From the IMG/VR virus record IMGVR_UViG_3300010373_000005, positions 14,575 through 78,574 of that record: a stretch of DNA of 64,000 nt, one strand, 5' to 3'. The notes below the pieces were generated by a model. It did not search any database, was not told the origin of the DNA, and saw only the letters and a list, made by a program, of their open reading frames with translations. Source of the stretch: a virus. Shown piece by piece: positions 17,252 through 24,628 of the stretch. The position numbers and the translations under genes are program-made. The stretch's first letter is position 1; every line of letters begins with the position of its first letter.

Positions 17252-17262
17252 TACGAGTGATG
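17252..17262 (-). promoter_or_regulatory. conserved leader motif CATCACTCGTA
   Basis: Plus-strand tacgagtgatg, 17 nt upstream of ATG 17235. Same core as 20256, 22389, 27235 and 58094. Confidence 0.5.
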
Positions 17263-17272
17263 ATACTTCCAG

Positions 17273-17380
17273 CACGGACGCCAGGAATCGAACCTGGTCT
17301 TCGGGTCTTAGCCGCGTGCGCTCTCGCAGACTTCTGACGTCATCGCCTGCGCAGTCTTGTCCAGCCACACCGCGTCCGTG
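17273..17380 (-). ncRNA. tRNA-like element (108 nt). It has a canonical T-arm and an 8-9 bp acceptor-type stem, and a possible Leu(CAG)-like loop on an over-long anticodon arm. It is not a canonical tRNA.
   Basis: Minus strand: CCAGG-TTCGATT-CCTGG T-arm, immediately followed by CGTCCGTG, which pairs with CACGGACG at the 5' end. The interior can form a D-like TGT/ACA stem, a long interrupted hairpin capped by the loop G-T-CAG-A-A, and a short extra arm. It is about 20-30 nt too long for any standard tRNA. It starts about 10 nt downstream of the -10 of promoter 17390-17418. Confidence 0.35.
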
Positions 17381-17389
17381 TACGCTCTT

Positions 17390-17418
17390 ATTATACCAGA
17401 CCTATCGCCTCTTGTCCA
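17390..17418 (-). promoter_or_regulatory. sigma70-like promoter: TGGACA-N17-TATAAT
   Basis: Minus strand: -35 TGGACA (17413-17418), 17-nt spacer, TGG-TATAAT (17390-17395). It overlaps the 3' end of the GT4 gene. Confidence 0.55.
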
Positions 17419-18772
17419 TATCCAGTGCCTGCAATAGCGCCTCGCACGTCAGCCGCGGGTGGTTGTGCTTCACGAGCATCTCGCGGTTGTGCTGCACGAG
17501 CTCCTGTGTTCGCATGTCATAGGCCCTGGTGACGCACGCATGGAGCAGGCGACATCGGGCCTCTGCCATTGGATCGCTCCCGGGGTCGAGGCCGTTCTTC
17601 CCGTCCTCCCACTGCACGCCGCCCTGGTGACCGTCGAGGGGAGGTTCAAATATCTCAATTTGAAATTGATCACAGTACCACGGTGTGAACGCCCTCGCCG
17701 TTATGGGTGCGCAGCCCGCGTCCATGGCCTCGAGCGTCGAGTACTCGAACAGGCCACCCGAGTAGTCGCTGGTCGTCACGGCCACGTGTACGTCGACGCC
17801 ACTGAGGACCTCCAGCGGGTCCTCGTAGAGTCCCAGGAACGCCGCGCTCGCGTCCCAGCCGTGGAACTCCCACGGCAGCGCCCTGATCACGTCCATCGGG
17901 TCGTCGTCGGGACCGCCGCGGGTCGCGGTCCAGTGCCACAGGGCCTTGACGTGAGGGTCCTCGTCGGGTGCGGGTCGGCCCCACTGCACCTCTGCCTTCC
18001 TCACCAGCATCTCGTACATCAGGTACGTCTCGCTGGGCGCCCTGCTCTGCGCGGAGCCTCCCGCTATGACTACGTCCCAGCCGGGAAGCAGTCCCTGCGT
18101 GATCAGCCACAGCAGGTAGTGCTGGTGCTTCTGCGTGGTGACCCGGCCGATCATTCCGACCGACGGCCGAGCCCGCATGGAGAACTCTCCAAGCGGGTTC
18201 CGGACGGCGTACGGCAGCCCCACGTGCACGTGGTGGCATGCCCGCAGTCGCTCGCTGTTGCAAGTCATCACGCCCGGCGTGGCGTTGTTCACTACCAGCC
18301 CGCTGAAGCTCTTCGTGCTAAGGAGCTCGCCCAGGTAGGGCGAGCCGCGCTCGCGGGACCAGCCCTTCGGGATCTCGCGCTCCTCGAAGAAATATCGGCC
18401 CCCGAGCGTGCACGTCCACGGCGTCCGGGTCGCCATCAGCACCTCGACGTACCGCGGGAAGTCGACCAGCCCCTTGTCCGCCTCGCGGTCATGGCTGTTG
18501 CACTTCGGCTCGGGGAGCACGATTAGATCGAACTGATCTAGTACTTCTCCCCCTTCCTCGTACGAGAACGTGACGTCAGGAGCGACAAGGCTCGACATCC
18601 CGTTGCCCTTGTCCCGGACGATGCGGCCCCACTTGACCTTAGGTTTACCACTCTTAGTAAATCCTACTATATAGCACTCGTGGCCCATGGCCCTGAAGCC
18701 GTCGCGCACCTGGTTCACCCACGTGGAGATGCCGCACACGCGCGGCTCGGGGTCGTATATGGCGATTCGCAT
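17402..18772 (-). CDS. GT-B fold glycosyltransferase, GT4-like (456 aa)
   Basis: N-terminal MRIAIYDPEPRVCGISTW. C-terminal GGLFEYSTLEAMDAGCAPI matches the E-x7-E sugar-donor motif of GT4/GT1 enzymes. Confidence 0.75.
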   Translation of the reverse strand: MRIAIYDPEPRVCGISTWVNQVRDGFRAMGHECYIVGFTKSGKPKVKWGRIVRDKGNGMSSLVAPDVTFSYEEGGEVLDQFDLIVLPEPKCNSHDREADKGLVDFPRYVEVLMATRTPWTCTLGGRYFFEEREIPKGWSRERGSPYLGELLSTKSFSGLVVNNATPGVMTCNSERLRACHHVHVGLPYAVRNPLGEFSMRARPSVGMIGRVTTQKHQHYLLWLITQGLLPGWDVVIAGGSAQSRAPSETYLMYEMLVRKAEVQWGRPAPDEDPHVKALWHWTATRGGPDDDPMDVIRALPWEFHGWDASAAFLGLYEDPLEVLSGVDVHVAVTTSDYSGGLFEYSTLEAMDAGCAPITARAFTPWYCDQFQIEIFEPPLDGHQGGVQWEDGKNGLDPGSDPMAEARCRLLHACVTRAYDMRTQELVQHNREMLVKHNHPRLTCEALLQALDMDKRR

Positions 18773-18895
18773 GATCCTGCCTTGTTAAGATAGGTTAATT
18801 AGGGTCAGTTGGTAATGTCTCTCGATCACCTCGGCACGTCTAGGATCACCCTGTTAAGATGGACCTGTTCTACCAGGTAGGTCATCGGCAGTCAG

Positions 18896-19381
18896 TCAGG
18901 CATCAGGCTCGGCTTCCTCAGATTCATCCTGGAGCCTGGCCAGCTCGGACCTCAGGAACTCGATCTGCTCCAGCTTCGTCCGCCCGCCTATCGCGTAGCT
19001 CTCCATCCTCCACGCGAGATTGACGAGCGCGCAGTTATCCTCGTCGCCGTCGAGGTGGAACGCGAAGTGATCGTCAGGCCGCGGGCCAACGAACGTCTCG
19101 AGCATGAGCTCGTCGAGCCTCACGTTGTGGTACAGGTCTACCATTCCGTCGTCAGTAGGCTCGACGCGCTCGAGCGAGTTCACTCGCTGCTTTTGCCTGC
19201 GCGAGCCTCGTCCCTCCCAGGAGGTGTAGAGGTGACCGTCGACGTGAAGCCAGAAGCCGGGCAGGTCAGGCACCCTGACGAGTTCAGGTCGACGCTCGTT
19301 GCGCTTGACTCGCCTGAGCATCCGGCCCTCGAGCAGACACTCCCACTGGTCTCCGTGCTGATCGTAGAAGAGGTTTCTCAC
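18896..19381 (-). CDS. HNH endonuclease, free-standing homing type (161 aa)
   Basis: FHLDGDEDNCALVNLAW (H-x-DG-x3-N-x4-NL-x-W). Same family as 34210..34761 and 36662..37213. Confidence 0.7.
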   Translation of the reverse strand: MRNLFYDQHGDQWECLLEGRMLRRVKRNERRPELVRVPDLPGFWLHVDGHLYTSWEGRGSRRQKQRVNSLERVEPTDDGMVDLYHNVRLDELMLETFVGPRPDDHFAFHLDGDEDNCALVNLAWRMESYAIGGRTKLEQIEFLRSELARLQDESEEAEPDA

Positions 19382-19623
19382 GCCCTTGACCTCCTCTGCG
19401 CCGAGTGCGTCACCGACAGCTCGTCGAGCATACTGCCCGTGTCGAATGCGTCCTCCGGCCTGGGCGTGGGCTGCCGCCCGGCCGCGCGCTCGAGCTGGGA
19501 CGCCAGGGTCCTCGCCTCCTCCCTGGAGAGCATGGCGCCCAGCACCTCTCTGTGCTCGTGGTTCGTTACCTGCACCAGCACCTCAGGTCCGATGTTCTGC
19601 ACCGTCACCGTCGTGGTCCTCAT
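19378..19623 (-). CDS. hypothetical protein (81 aa)
   Basis: Track ORF with an AGGAGGG SD 6 nt upstream of the ATG. Confidence 0.5.
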   Translation of the reverse strand: MRTTTVTVQNIGPEVLVQVTNHEHREVLGAMLSREEARTLASQLERAAGRQPTPRPEDAFDTGSMLDELSVTHSAQRRSRA

Positions 19624-19768
19624 TCCAAGCCCTCCTGAGCTTCTCTAGGGCCCGCTTCTCCGCCAGCTGCACCGTGCGCCGGGTCATCGGGTGGCCCCTC
19701 CTCGTCATCTCCGCGGCCACGTCCGCATGGGACATAGCATAGTGTCGCTCGTCCAGCGAGCCGCTCAT
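19583..19768 (-). CDS. small sigma-70 region-4-like HTH protein (61 aa)
   Basis: MSHADVAAEMTRRGHPMTRRTVQLAEKRALEKLRR resembles a sigma region 4.2 / LuxR-type HTH. The 3' end overlaps the next gene by 41 nt. Confidence 0.4.
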   Translation of the reverse strand: MSGSLDERHYAMSHADVAAEMTRRGHPMTRRTVQLAEKRALEKLRRAWNEDHDGDGAEHRT

Positions 19769-20100
19769 CCCTGCTTCTCCAGTCTGGCTATGGCGCGCTC
19801 GATTCGTTTCTTCTCGACCCGCCTGCGCATCTCCGGGGTCAGGAGGTTCGACGACTCCGCGTCCAGCCTCACCGTGCCGTCCTGGTTAATGAGCGGGGCC
19901 GGCAGGTCAACGCTGACTCGGGATGGGTCTAGCACTGCCAGTGCGCGGTGAGCATAGAACGATGACATGTCGTCGTAGAACTTAGACAGTCTCCCACGAG
20001 TCTCCGCGAGCAGCTGCTCCTCTGTGAGGTCGCTCTCTCGCATCAGGCGGCGGATCTCCGCCTGGTGCTCCGACCAGTCAGGCCACTCGATCGAGGTCAT
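19765..20100 (-). CDS. hypothetical protein (111 aa)
   Basis: Track ORF with a 4-nt overlap to the downstream gene. Confidence 0.5.
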   Translation of the reverse strand: MTSIEWPDWSEHQAEIRRLMRESDLTEEQLLAETRGRLSKFYDDMSSFYAHRALAVLDPSRVSVDLPAPLINQDGTVRLDAESSNLLTPEMRRRVEKKRIERAIARLEKQG

Positions 20101-20101
20101 G

Positions 20102-20242
20102 TCAGCAGCCCCACTTGCAGATGTCGATCTCGTGTCTCAGCAGACCTTCGACCTCAACCGGATGCTGGCACCACACCGCGTACAGCATCTTCATGGCCAT
20201 TAACTGGTTAAGTATCTGGCGCATGGTGCTCTTGCTTATCAT
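20102..20242 (-). CDS. possible small protein (46 aa, below the track cutoff)
   Basis: My own translation gives MISKSTMRQILNQLMAMKMLYAVWCQHPVEVEGLLRHEIDICKWGC. GGAAGAGG SD. Its stop lies 1 nt before the next start. It sits between promoter 20284-20312 and the next gene. Confidence 0.35.
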   Translation of the reverse strand: MISKSTMRQILNQLMAMKMLYAVWCQHPVEVEGLLRHEIDICKWGC

Positions 20243-20255
20243 GCCTCTTCCTCTA

Positions 20256-20266
20256 TACGAGTGATG
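20256..20266 (-). promoter_or_regulatory. conserved leader motif CATCACTCGTA
   Basis: Plus-strand tacgagtgatg, 14 nt upstream of ATG 20242 and about 18 nt downstream of the -10 box. Confidence 0.5.
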
Positions 20267-20283
20267 ACTAGTGACGTCTACCT

Positions 20284-20312
20284 ATTATACCTACTCTTGG
20301 TCCTCCTGTCCA
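20284..20312 (-). promoter_or_regulatory. sigma70-like promoter: TGGACA-N17-TATAAT
   Basis: Minus strand: -35 TGGACA (20307-20312), 17-nt spacer, -10 TATAAT (20284-20289). Confidence 0.55.
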
Positions 20313-20318
20313 GCCTGA

Positions 20319-22373
20319 TCAGCCTTCCTGGCTGTCAGTTCCCTTGGAGTCTCCGCCCAGCAGCTTGCCGAGGATGCTTCTCAGGTCGCCGATGTCGTTG
20401 GCCATGCGGCGCTTGTCGATGACTCGCTCCCTGACCTCCTGGTCGATGGTCCCCATGATGATGAGGTCGGTGCATCTCACCGGGCGCCTGGTGCCTCGCC
20501 GGTGGGCCCTGTCCTCCGCCTGGGACCTCAGCACTGACGACCAGCCCTGGCTGAAGAAGATCACGCGGGTCACGTCTGTGGGGATCGACTCGTCGCCGGG
20601 CGGGTGGCCGATGAGGTTAAGGCCGGTGCCGCCCGCGGCTGGGTTGCCGAGGAAGACGCGACACTGAGGGTCATTATTAAATGACCACTCAGCGGCGCGT
20701 CTGTCATCGTCGCCCGTGTTCCCCGTGAACACCACGTGCCCGATGGATTCTTGCGACAATCTCTCGGAGATCGTCGCGATGTCCTCCATGAAGCATGCCC
20801 ACACGATCATCTTCTCGTCCTCGCCGAGCGGCTCGATCAGGTCGTCGTCGTCCTCGAACCCCTTGATCTGCTGGACGAGCGCCTCCACCTTCGGGTTGGG
20901 CGTGATCCGCTGTATCGTCTTGGGCACCACCATCTCGCCGGTGTCGAGGTCCACGATCGGGTCGAAGCTGACGAAGCCTGACGTGATCTGCGCTAGGCGC
21001 AGGAGCTTCACGAGGATATTGTTGGCGTTAACTGTCTTGGTCTGGTCCGCCATGTCGTCCTCGATCTCGATCAGTAGCTTGTTCTTCATCATCTGGTAGA
21101 ACTGCCGCTGCTCGGTTGTCATCTCCACGTCGACGAAGTCGTAGGTCTTCTTCGGCAGGTCGGGCAACGCCTCTGCCTTCGTGACGATGAACGACATGCG
21201 TGCTAACCTGTCTCTCAGGAACGGCAAGTTCTGGACGTCGACCATCCGCCGCCCACCGTCCGCCGAGATCTGGAACACGCCGTAGAAGTTCTTGAAAGCC
21301 TCGAAGTTGCTGAACCCCGAGCCGCCCTCGCGCATGAACTCGAACAGTGAGTACAGGTCGACCGGCGTGTTACACACTGGCGTGCCGGTCAGCACGCGTC
21401 TCCTCTCGGAGACGTCGCGCAGCTTGAAGGCGAACCTGGCCCGCTTCGTCTTGGGCCACTTGATGAAGTGTCCCTCGTCCAGACCTGCCAGGTGCCACTT
21501 GATGATGGACAGGTACTGCCACATGTTGCTGAGTAATTCATATGACGAGATGAACGTGGTGTAGCGCTGGCCGGGCCGCGCCTGGATGCCCTCCAGCAAT
21601 AATCTGACGCGCTCCCCCTCCCATCCCTCGAGGACGATCACCCTGCCGTCGACCTGCGAGAACCGCTGGATCTCCGACGCCCAGTTGTGCCTCACGTTCT
21701 TCGGGGCGATCAGCAGTGACTTGAACAGCTGCTGCTTCTTGGGCAGGTGGGAGCGGTCCTTCGAGGCCTCTCGGTCGATCTCCTCGACGACGCACAAGGT
21801 CTTCCCGGTGCCTGGCACCATGAAGTACCCGTAGCCGTCTGCACGCCTGGAGTTCATGGTGGCGACGACCTGGTGGAGCATCATGGGATTCTCGCCCATA
21901 GTGAGCCTCGGGACGTCGCAGTACTCGAAGCCGTCGCCGAGAGCTTCCAACTCGTCCTGGAGGGAGAGGTCACCTTCGGTGATCCTCTTCCTCAGGTCGT
22001 TCCGTCTCTCGCAGTACTCGTGGTACTTCGCCGCGCGCTCCATGTCCTTACGCTGCTGCTCCATGGTCTTCGACCAGTAGTCGAGGGCGATCCTCGCCTC
22101 GTCACTCGCCTCGAGTTGACTCGCGGGCCACAGTCCCGTGATCACCATCACGACGGCGTCAGTCACCGGTACGTGGTAGTGATTACCGAGCGAGCCGATC
22201 TCCTTCTTCTGCGGCAGCCGCTTGACGATCGCCTTCGCAGCTCCCGACACGTTCCACGCGGGGTCTCGGTAACTGAGTAAGAGATCGAAGTCCTTACCGT
22301 CGTCCGTCAGTTTGAGGCTCATCCTGTCTGTCGCCGGTATCCTCGGGGCGTTCTCCAGTACCTTGTCGATCAT
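20319..22373 (-). CDS. SNF2-family DNA/RNA helicase (684 aa)
   Basis: Motif I FMVPGTGKTL, motif II LDEGHFIK, and C-terminal helicase block VFLGNPAAGGTGLNL ... SQAEDRAHRRG. Confidence 0.9.
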   Translation of the reverse strand: MIDKVLENAPRIPATDRMSLKLTDDGKDFDLLLSYRDPAWNVSGAAKAIVKRLPQKKEIGSLGNHYHVPVTDAVVMVITGLWPASQLEASDEARIALDYWSKTMEQQRKDMERAAKYHEYCERRNDLRKRITEGDLSLQDELEALGDGFEYCDVPRLTMGENPMMLHQVVATMNSRRADGYGYFMVPGTGKTLCVVEEIDREASKDRSHLPKKQQLFKSLLIAPKNVRHNWASEIQRFSQVDGRVIVLEGWEGERVRLLLEGIQARPGQRYTTFISSYELLSNMWQYLSIIKWHLAGLDEGHFIKWPKTKRARFAFKLRDVSERRRVLTGTPVCNTPVDLYSLFEFMREGGSGFSNFEAFKNFYGVFQISADGGRRMVDVQNLPFLRDRLARMSFIVTKAEALPDLPKKTYDFVDVEMTTEQRQFYQMMKNKLLIEIEDDMADQTKTVNANNILVKLLRLAQITSGFVSFDPIVDLDTGEMVVPKTIQRITPNPKVEALVQQIKGFEDDDDLIEPLGEDEKMIVWACFMEDIATISERLSQESIGHVVFTGNTGDDDRRAAEWSFNNDPQCRVFLGNPAAGGTGLNLIGHPPGDESIPTDVTRVIFFSQGWSSVLRSQAEDRAHRRGTRRPVRCTDLIIMGTIDQEVRERVIDKRRMANDIGDLRSILGKLLGGDSKGTDSQEG

Positions 22374-22388
22374 GATCTTTGGTCTCCA

Positions 22389-22399
22389 TTCGAGTGATA
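22389..22399 (-). promoter_or_regulatory. conserved leader motif TATCACTCGAA
   Basis: Plus-strand ttcgagtgata, 16 nt upstream of the SNF2 ATG 22373. No TATAAT box upstream. Confidence 0.45.
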
Positions 22400-22430
22400 G
22401 TGATTGGTCACTGAGCTCGCGACGAGCGGC

Positions 22431-23174
22431 TCAGGTGGCATTGCCACTGAGCTGCTCTCGCAGCTCCGGGTCCAGCTCGGACATGAGCTGCTCCATCTCC
22501 TCTAGTATCGCGTCCTTCCTCTGCGTGACGTGCTCGCCGTCCGGTCCCATGTCCCGAGCTAGAACTCTCAACTCATTGAGCTGAGAGTTCAAGTCGTCCA
22601 GTAGGTCGTAGCCCCCGGCTACGTTGTCTAGGGTGTCGAAGAACTGACGGTGCGACGACTGGAGCGCCAGCAGCAGTGGCTTCTCCTCGACCTCGAAGAA
22701 CTGCTCCTCAGACAGTCGCTTGAGCCGGTGGACCGCGTCCACCTCGTGCCTGAGAGCCTTCATGAGGTTCTTCGCGTCAGTGTACTTCTCCGACGTGAGC
22801 TGGATCTTGCTCAGGCGCTCGTGGGCCTCGCCCTCCCTGACGATGCGCTCCTCGTTGTCGACGGAGGCGCCGAGCTTGTTCAGCTTCTGGACGAGCATCT
22901 TCATCCTGACGATGCGCTCGTGCTCCTTGGCGGCCCTGGCCACCTCACCGAGCTCCTCGATGCGGAGCTGCATCTGGAGCATCTCCCTGTCGCCGTTGGT
23001 GCGCTTGGCGCGGAGCCGGTCTAACTTAGCAGTTAGTCTGGCTCTCTCCTCGCGGTACTGCCTCCACTTCCTGCGGAGCCATGGCATGCCTCCCGCCATG
23101 TCGCTCCTTATCACCTTGATCCTCATCTCCAGCTTCGTCATCTCCTCCTTCACCTGACCGTACGTCCTCGCCAT
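22431..23174 (-). CDS. hypothetical coiled-coil protein (247 aa)
   Basis: Track ORF 22431..23327 trimmed to ATG 23172-23174 (AGGAGG SD, 6-nt spacer). Strongly helical and charged sequence. Confidence 0.6.
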   Translation of the reverse strand: MARTYGQVKEEMTKLEMRIKVIRSDMAGGMPWLRRKWRQYREERARLTAKLDRLRAKRTNGDREMLQMQLRIEELGEVARAAKEHERIVRMKMLVQKLNKLGASVDNEERIVREGEAHERLSKIQLTSEKYTDAKNLMKALRHEVDAVHRLKRLSEEQFFEVEEKPLLLALQSSHRQFFDTLDNVAGGYDLLDDLNSQLNELRVLARDMGPDGEHVTQRKDAILEEMEQLMSELDPELREQLSGNAT

Positions 23175-23207
23175 GAGGTGCCTCCTGCTGTGGGTAACAT
23201 GCGAATG

Positions 23208-23247
23208 ATAAAAAGAGAGGGGAGACAACACTTCGTTGTCTCCCCTC
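23208..23247 (-). terminator. strong intrinsic terminator
   Basis: Minus strand: GAGGGGAGACAAC-GAAGT-GTTGTCTCCCCTC, a perfect 13-bp stem (23217-23229 / 23235-23247), followed by TCTTTTTATC. Confidence 0.8.
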
Positions 23248-23280
23248 GCGGAGTCTCGCGACTTACGCGTCTGCAGGAAT

Positions 23281-23730
23281 TCAAGCCGCCGGTGCGGCTG
23301 TGCCCTCGGTCGAGGGTGCCGCCTCACCCGCAGCCGGAGCCTCGTCGTCGCCCTCGGCCTCGAGCTTGGCCAGCATCTCCTTCAGGCGGGCGATGCGCTT
23401 GAGCTTCGCGCGCTGGGTGGCCGAGCCGCTCTTGCGGCAGATCTCGGCCTCGGCGCGGAGCTTGACGACGCGCTCCGCCATCTGGTCCGCCATCTTCTCG
23501 AGCAGGACCGCCTCGTTCTCGAAGTCGTTCCGGCGCAGCGGCAGGTGCAGCTTCGGGTCATAGTCCGCGGGCCAGTCCTTCAGCTTGACCGTGCCCTTGT
23601 TGTCGGCGCCGGCCATGATGCCGGGATACGCCTTGCGCTCGACCTTCTCCTTCTTCGGCTTGCCGGTCGGAGCTCCCGGCTTCGTGGACTGTGCGGGCTT
23701 CGCTGCGGCGGGGGATTTCACGTGCGACAT
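23281..23730 (-). CDS. Lys/Pro/Ala-rich basic protein, paralog family member A (149 aa)
   Basis: Track ORF 23281..23841 trimmed to ATG 23728-23730. It shares KPKKEKVERKAYPG..TVKL...DYDPKLHLPLR..DFENE...KLRAEAEICRKSGSA..RAKLKRIARLKEMLAKLEAEGDDE with 27811..28293. Confidence 0.6.
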   Translation of the reverse strand: MSHVKSPAAAKPAQSTKPGAPTGKPKKEKVERKAYPGIMAGADNKGTVKLKDWPADYDPKLHLPLRRNDFENEAVLLEKMADQMAERVVKLRAEAEICRKSGSATQRAKLKRIARLKEMLAKLEAEGDDEAPAAGEAAPSTEGTAAPAA

Positions 23731-23811
23731 GGTAGTGTCTCTTTCTGTGTGTGAGTGGTGAAGTGGTAACATCAATCGCGTTTCACGGAGGATTTTCCCG
23801 TGTCCTGGTCC

Positions 23812-23840
23812 ATTATACCGAGGACAGGACAGTCTGTACA
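23812..23840 (-). promoter_or_regulatory. sigma70-like promoter: TGTACA-N17-TATAAT
   Basis: Minus strand: -35 TGTACA (23835-23840), 17-nt spacer, -10 TATAAT (23812-23817). Phased CCCAGAAAA repeats lie just upstream (23848-23875). Confidence 0.55.
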
Positions 23841-23922
23841 CCCTGAATCTGGGTTTTTCTGGGTTTTCTGGGACCTTTCCTGAAAGAACTAGGGACTTGG
23901 AAATGTTAAGATAGGTAAGATG

Positions 23923-24228
23923 CTACTCGATCTTCTGGTACGCGTACAGGTCGAAACCCTCACCGTGCAGGACTCCTGATGGTGATGCGTCGACGATCAG
24001 TCGCACGGGCGCAGCCATGCACTGGCTGCCGCAGTCCGGGCACTTCTCCAGTACACGGTCAATCGCGTGCTGCGCGTGCAGCGCGTTGACCATCCAGGCC
24101 CAGTGACCGTCCGTGACCAAGTAAGGCTCGACCCGTGACTCAGTCGTTCGCCTGAGTGCGTTCACCGCCTCGATCCGGACGCGGACGTCTGAGCTGTCGA
24201 GCGGGTCGATCTTAGGTCTTCGTGTCAT
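23923..24228 (-). CDS. hypothetical protein (101 aa)
   Basis: Track ORF with an AAGGAGAA SD. Contains a CPDCGSQC motif. Confidence 0.5.
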   Translation of the reverse strand: MTRRPKIDPLDSSDVRVRIEAVNALRRTTESRVEPYLVTDGHWAWMVNALHAQHAIDRVLEKCPDCGSQCMAAPVRLIVDASPSGVLHGEGFDLYAYQKIE

Positions 24229-24241
24229 GAGGTTCTCCTTG

Positions 24242-24628
24242 CTAGTCGGTTGACTTTACGATAGTAACGTCCATACGTCTCTGAATCTCCCTGTTCATCG
24301 ACTCGTACGAATCCATCAGCATCCGCTTGCCGCGGATGACTCGCAGATCCTCGACGAGAGCCTGCAGCTGATCAATGGTCACGTGCTGAAGCAGCACGTC
24401 GAGCAGGTCACTGGTCGTTCGTCGCTCCTCCTTGTATGGGTTAAGCGGCAGAGAGGTCTCCTCGGCCCGGATGTCGGCCAGCACCACTGGAGACCTAGTC
24501 TTGCTCGTATAGTAGCGAATGGCCGCGCACACCTGCTTAGCCGACACTCCGCGTGCGTGCTGCCAGAATTTCCACTCGCCGTCAGGATGCCTCTTGTACA
24601 CAGTGAAGGTCTTCTTTACACTGGCCAT
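24242..24628 (-). CDS. hypothetical protein (128 aa)
   Basis: Track ORF 24242..24673 trimmed to ATG 24626-24628 (GAGGAGGAG SD). Confidence 0.5.
   Translation of the reverse strand: MASVKKTFTVYKRHPDGEWKFWQHARGVSAKQVCAAIRYYTSKTRSPVVLADIRAEETSLPLNPYKEERRTTSDLLDVLLQHVTIDQLQALVEDLRVIRGKRMLMDSYESMNREIQRRMDVTIVKSTD

Noticed and set aside
17273-17380. A canonical tRNA or a tRNA-Sec (the 8/5 acceptor/T geometry looked Sec-like).
   Set aside because: There is no 6-bp D-stem. No UCA sits in a proper anticodon loop: the only TCA has G, not U, at position 33. The total length of 108 nt does not fit any standard class. I kept it only as a tRNA-like element.
17459-18526. Long plus-strand ORFs. Examples: 17459..18526 (355 aa), 34956..35942 (328 aa), 54278..55600 (440 aa), 52097..52993 (298 aa), 10785..11627 (280 aa), 44253..45077 (274 aa), and all plus-strand ORFs in 1-3991.
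   Set aside because: They lie antisense to minus-strand genes with clear domain signatures. Their translations are Arg/Pro/Gly/Ala/Leu-rich junk typical of shadow ORFs in GC-rich DNA, they lack SD sequences, and they break the otherwise perfect same-strand operon packing.
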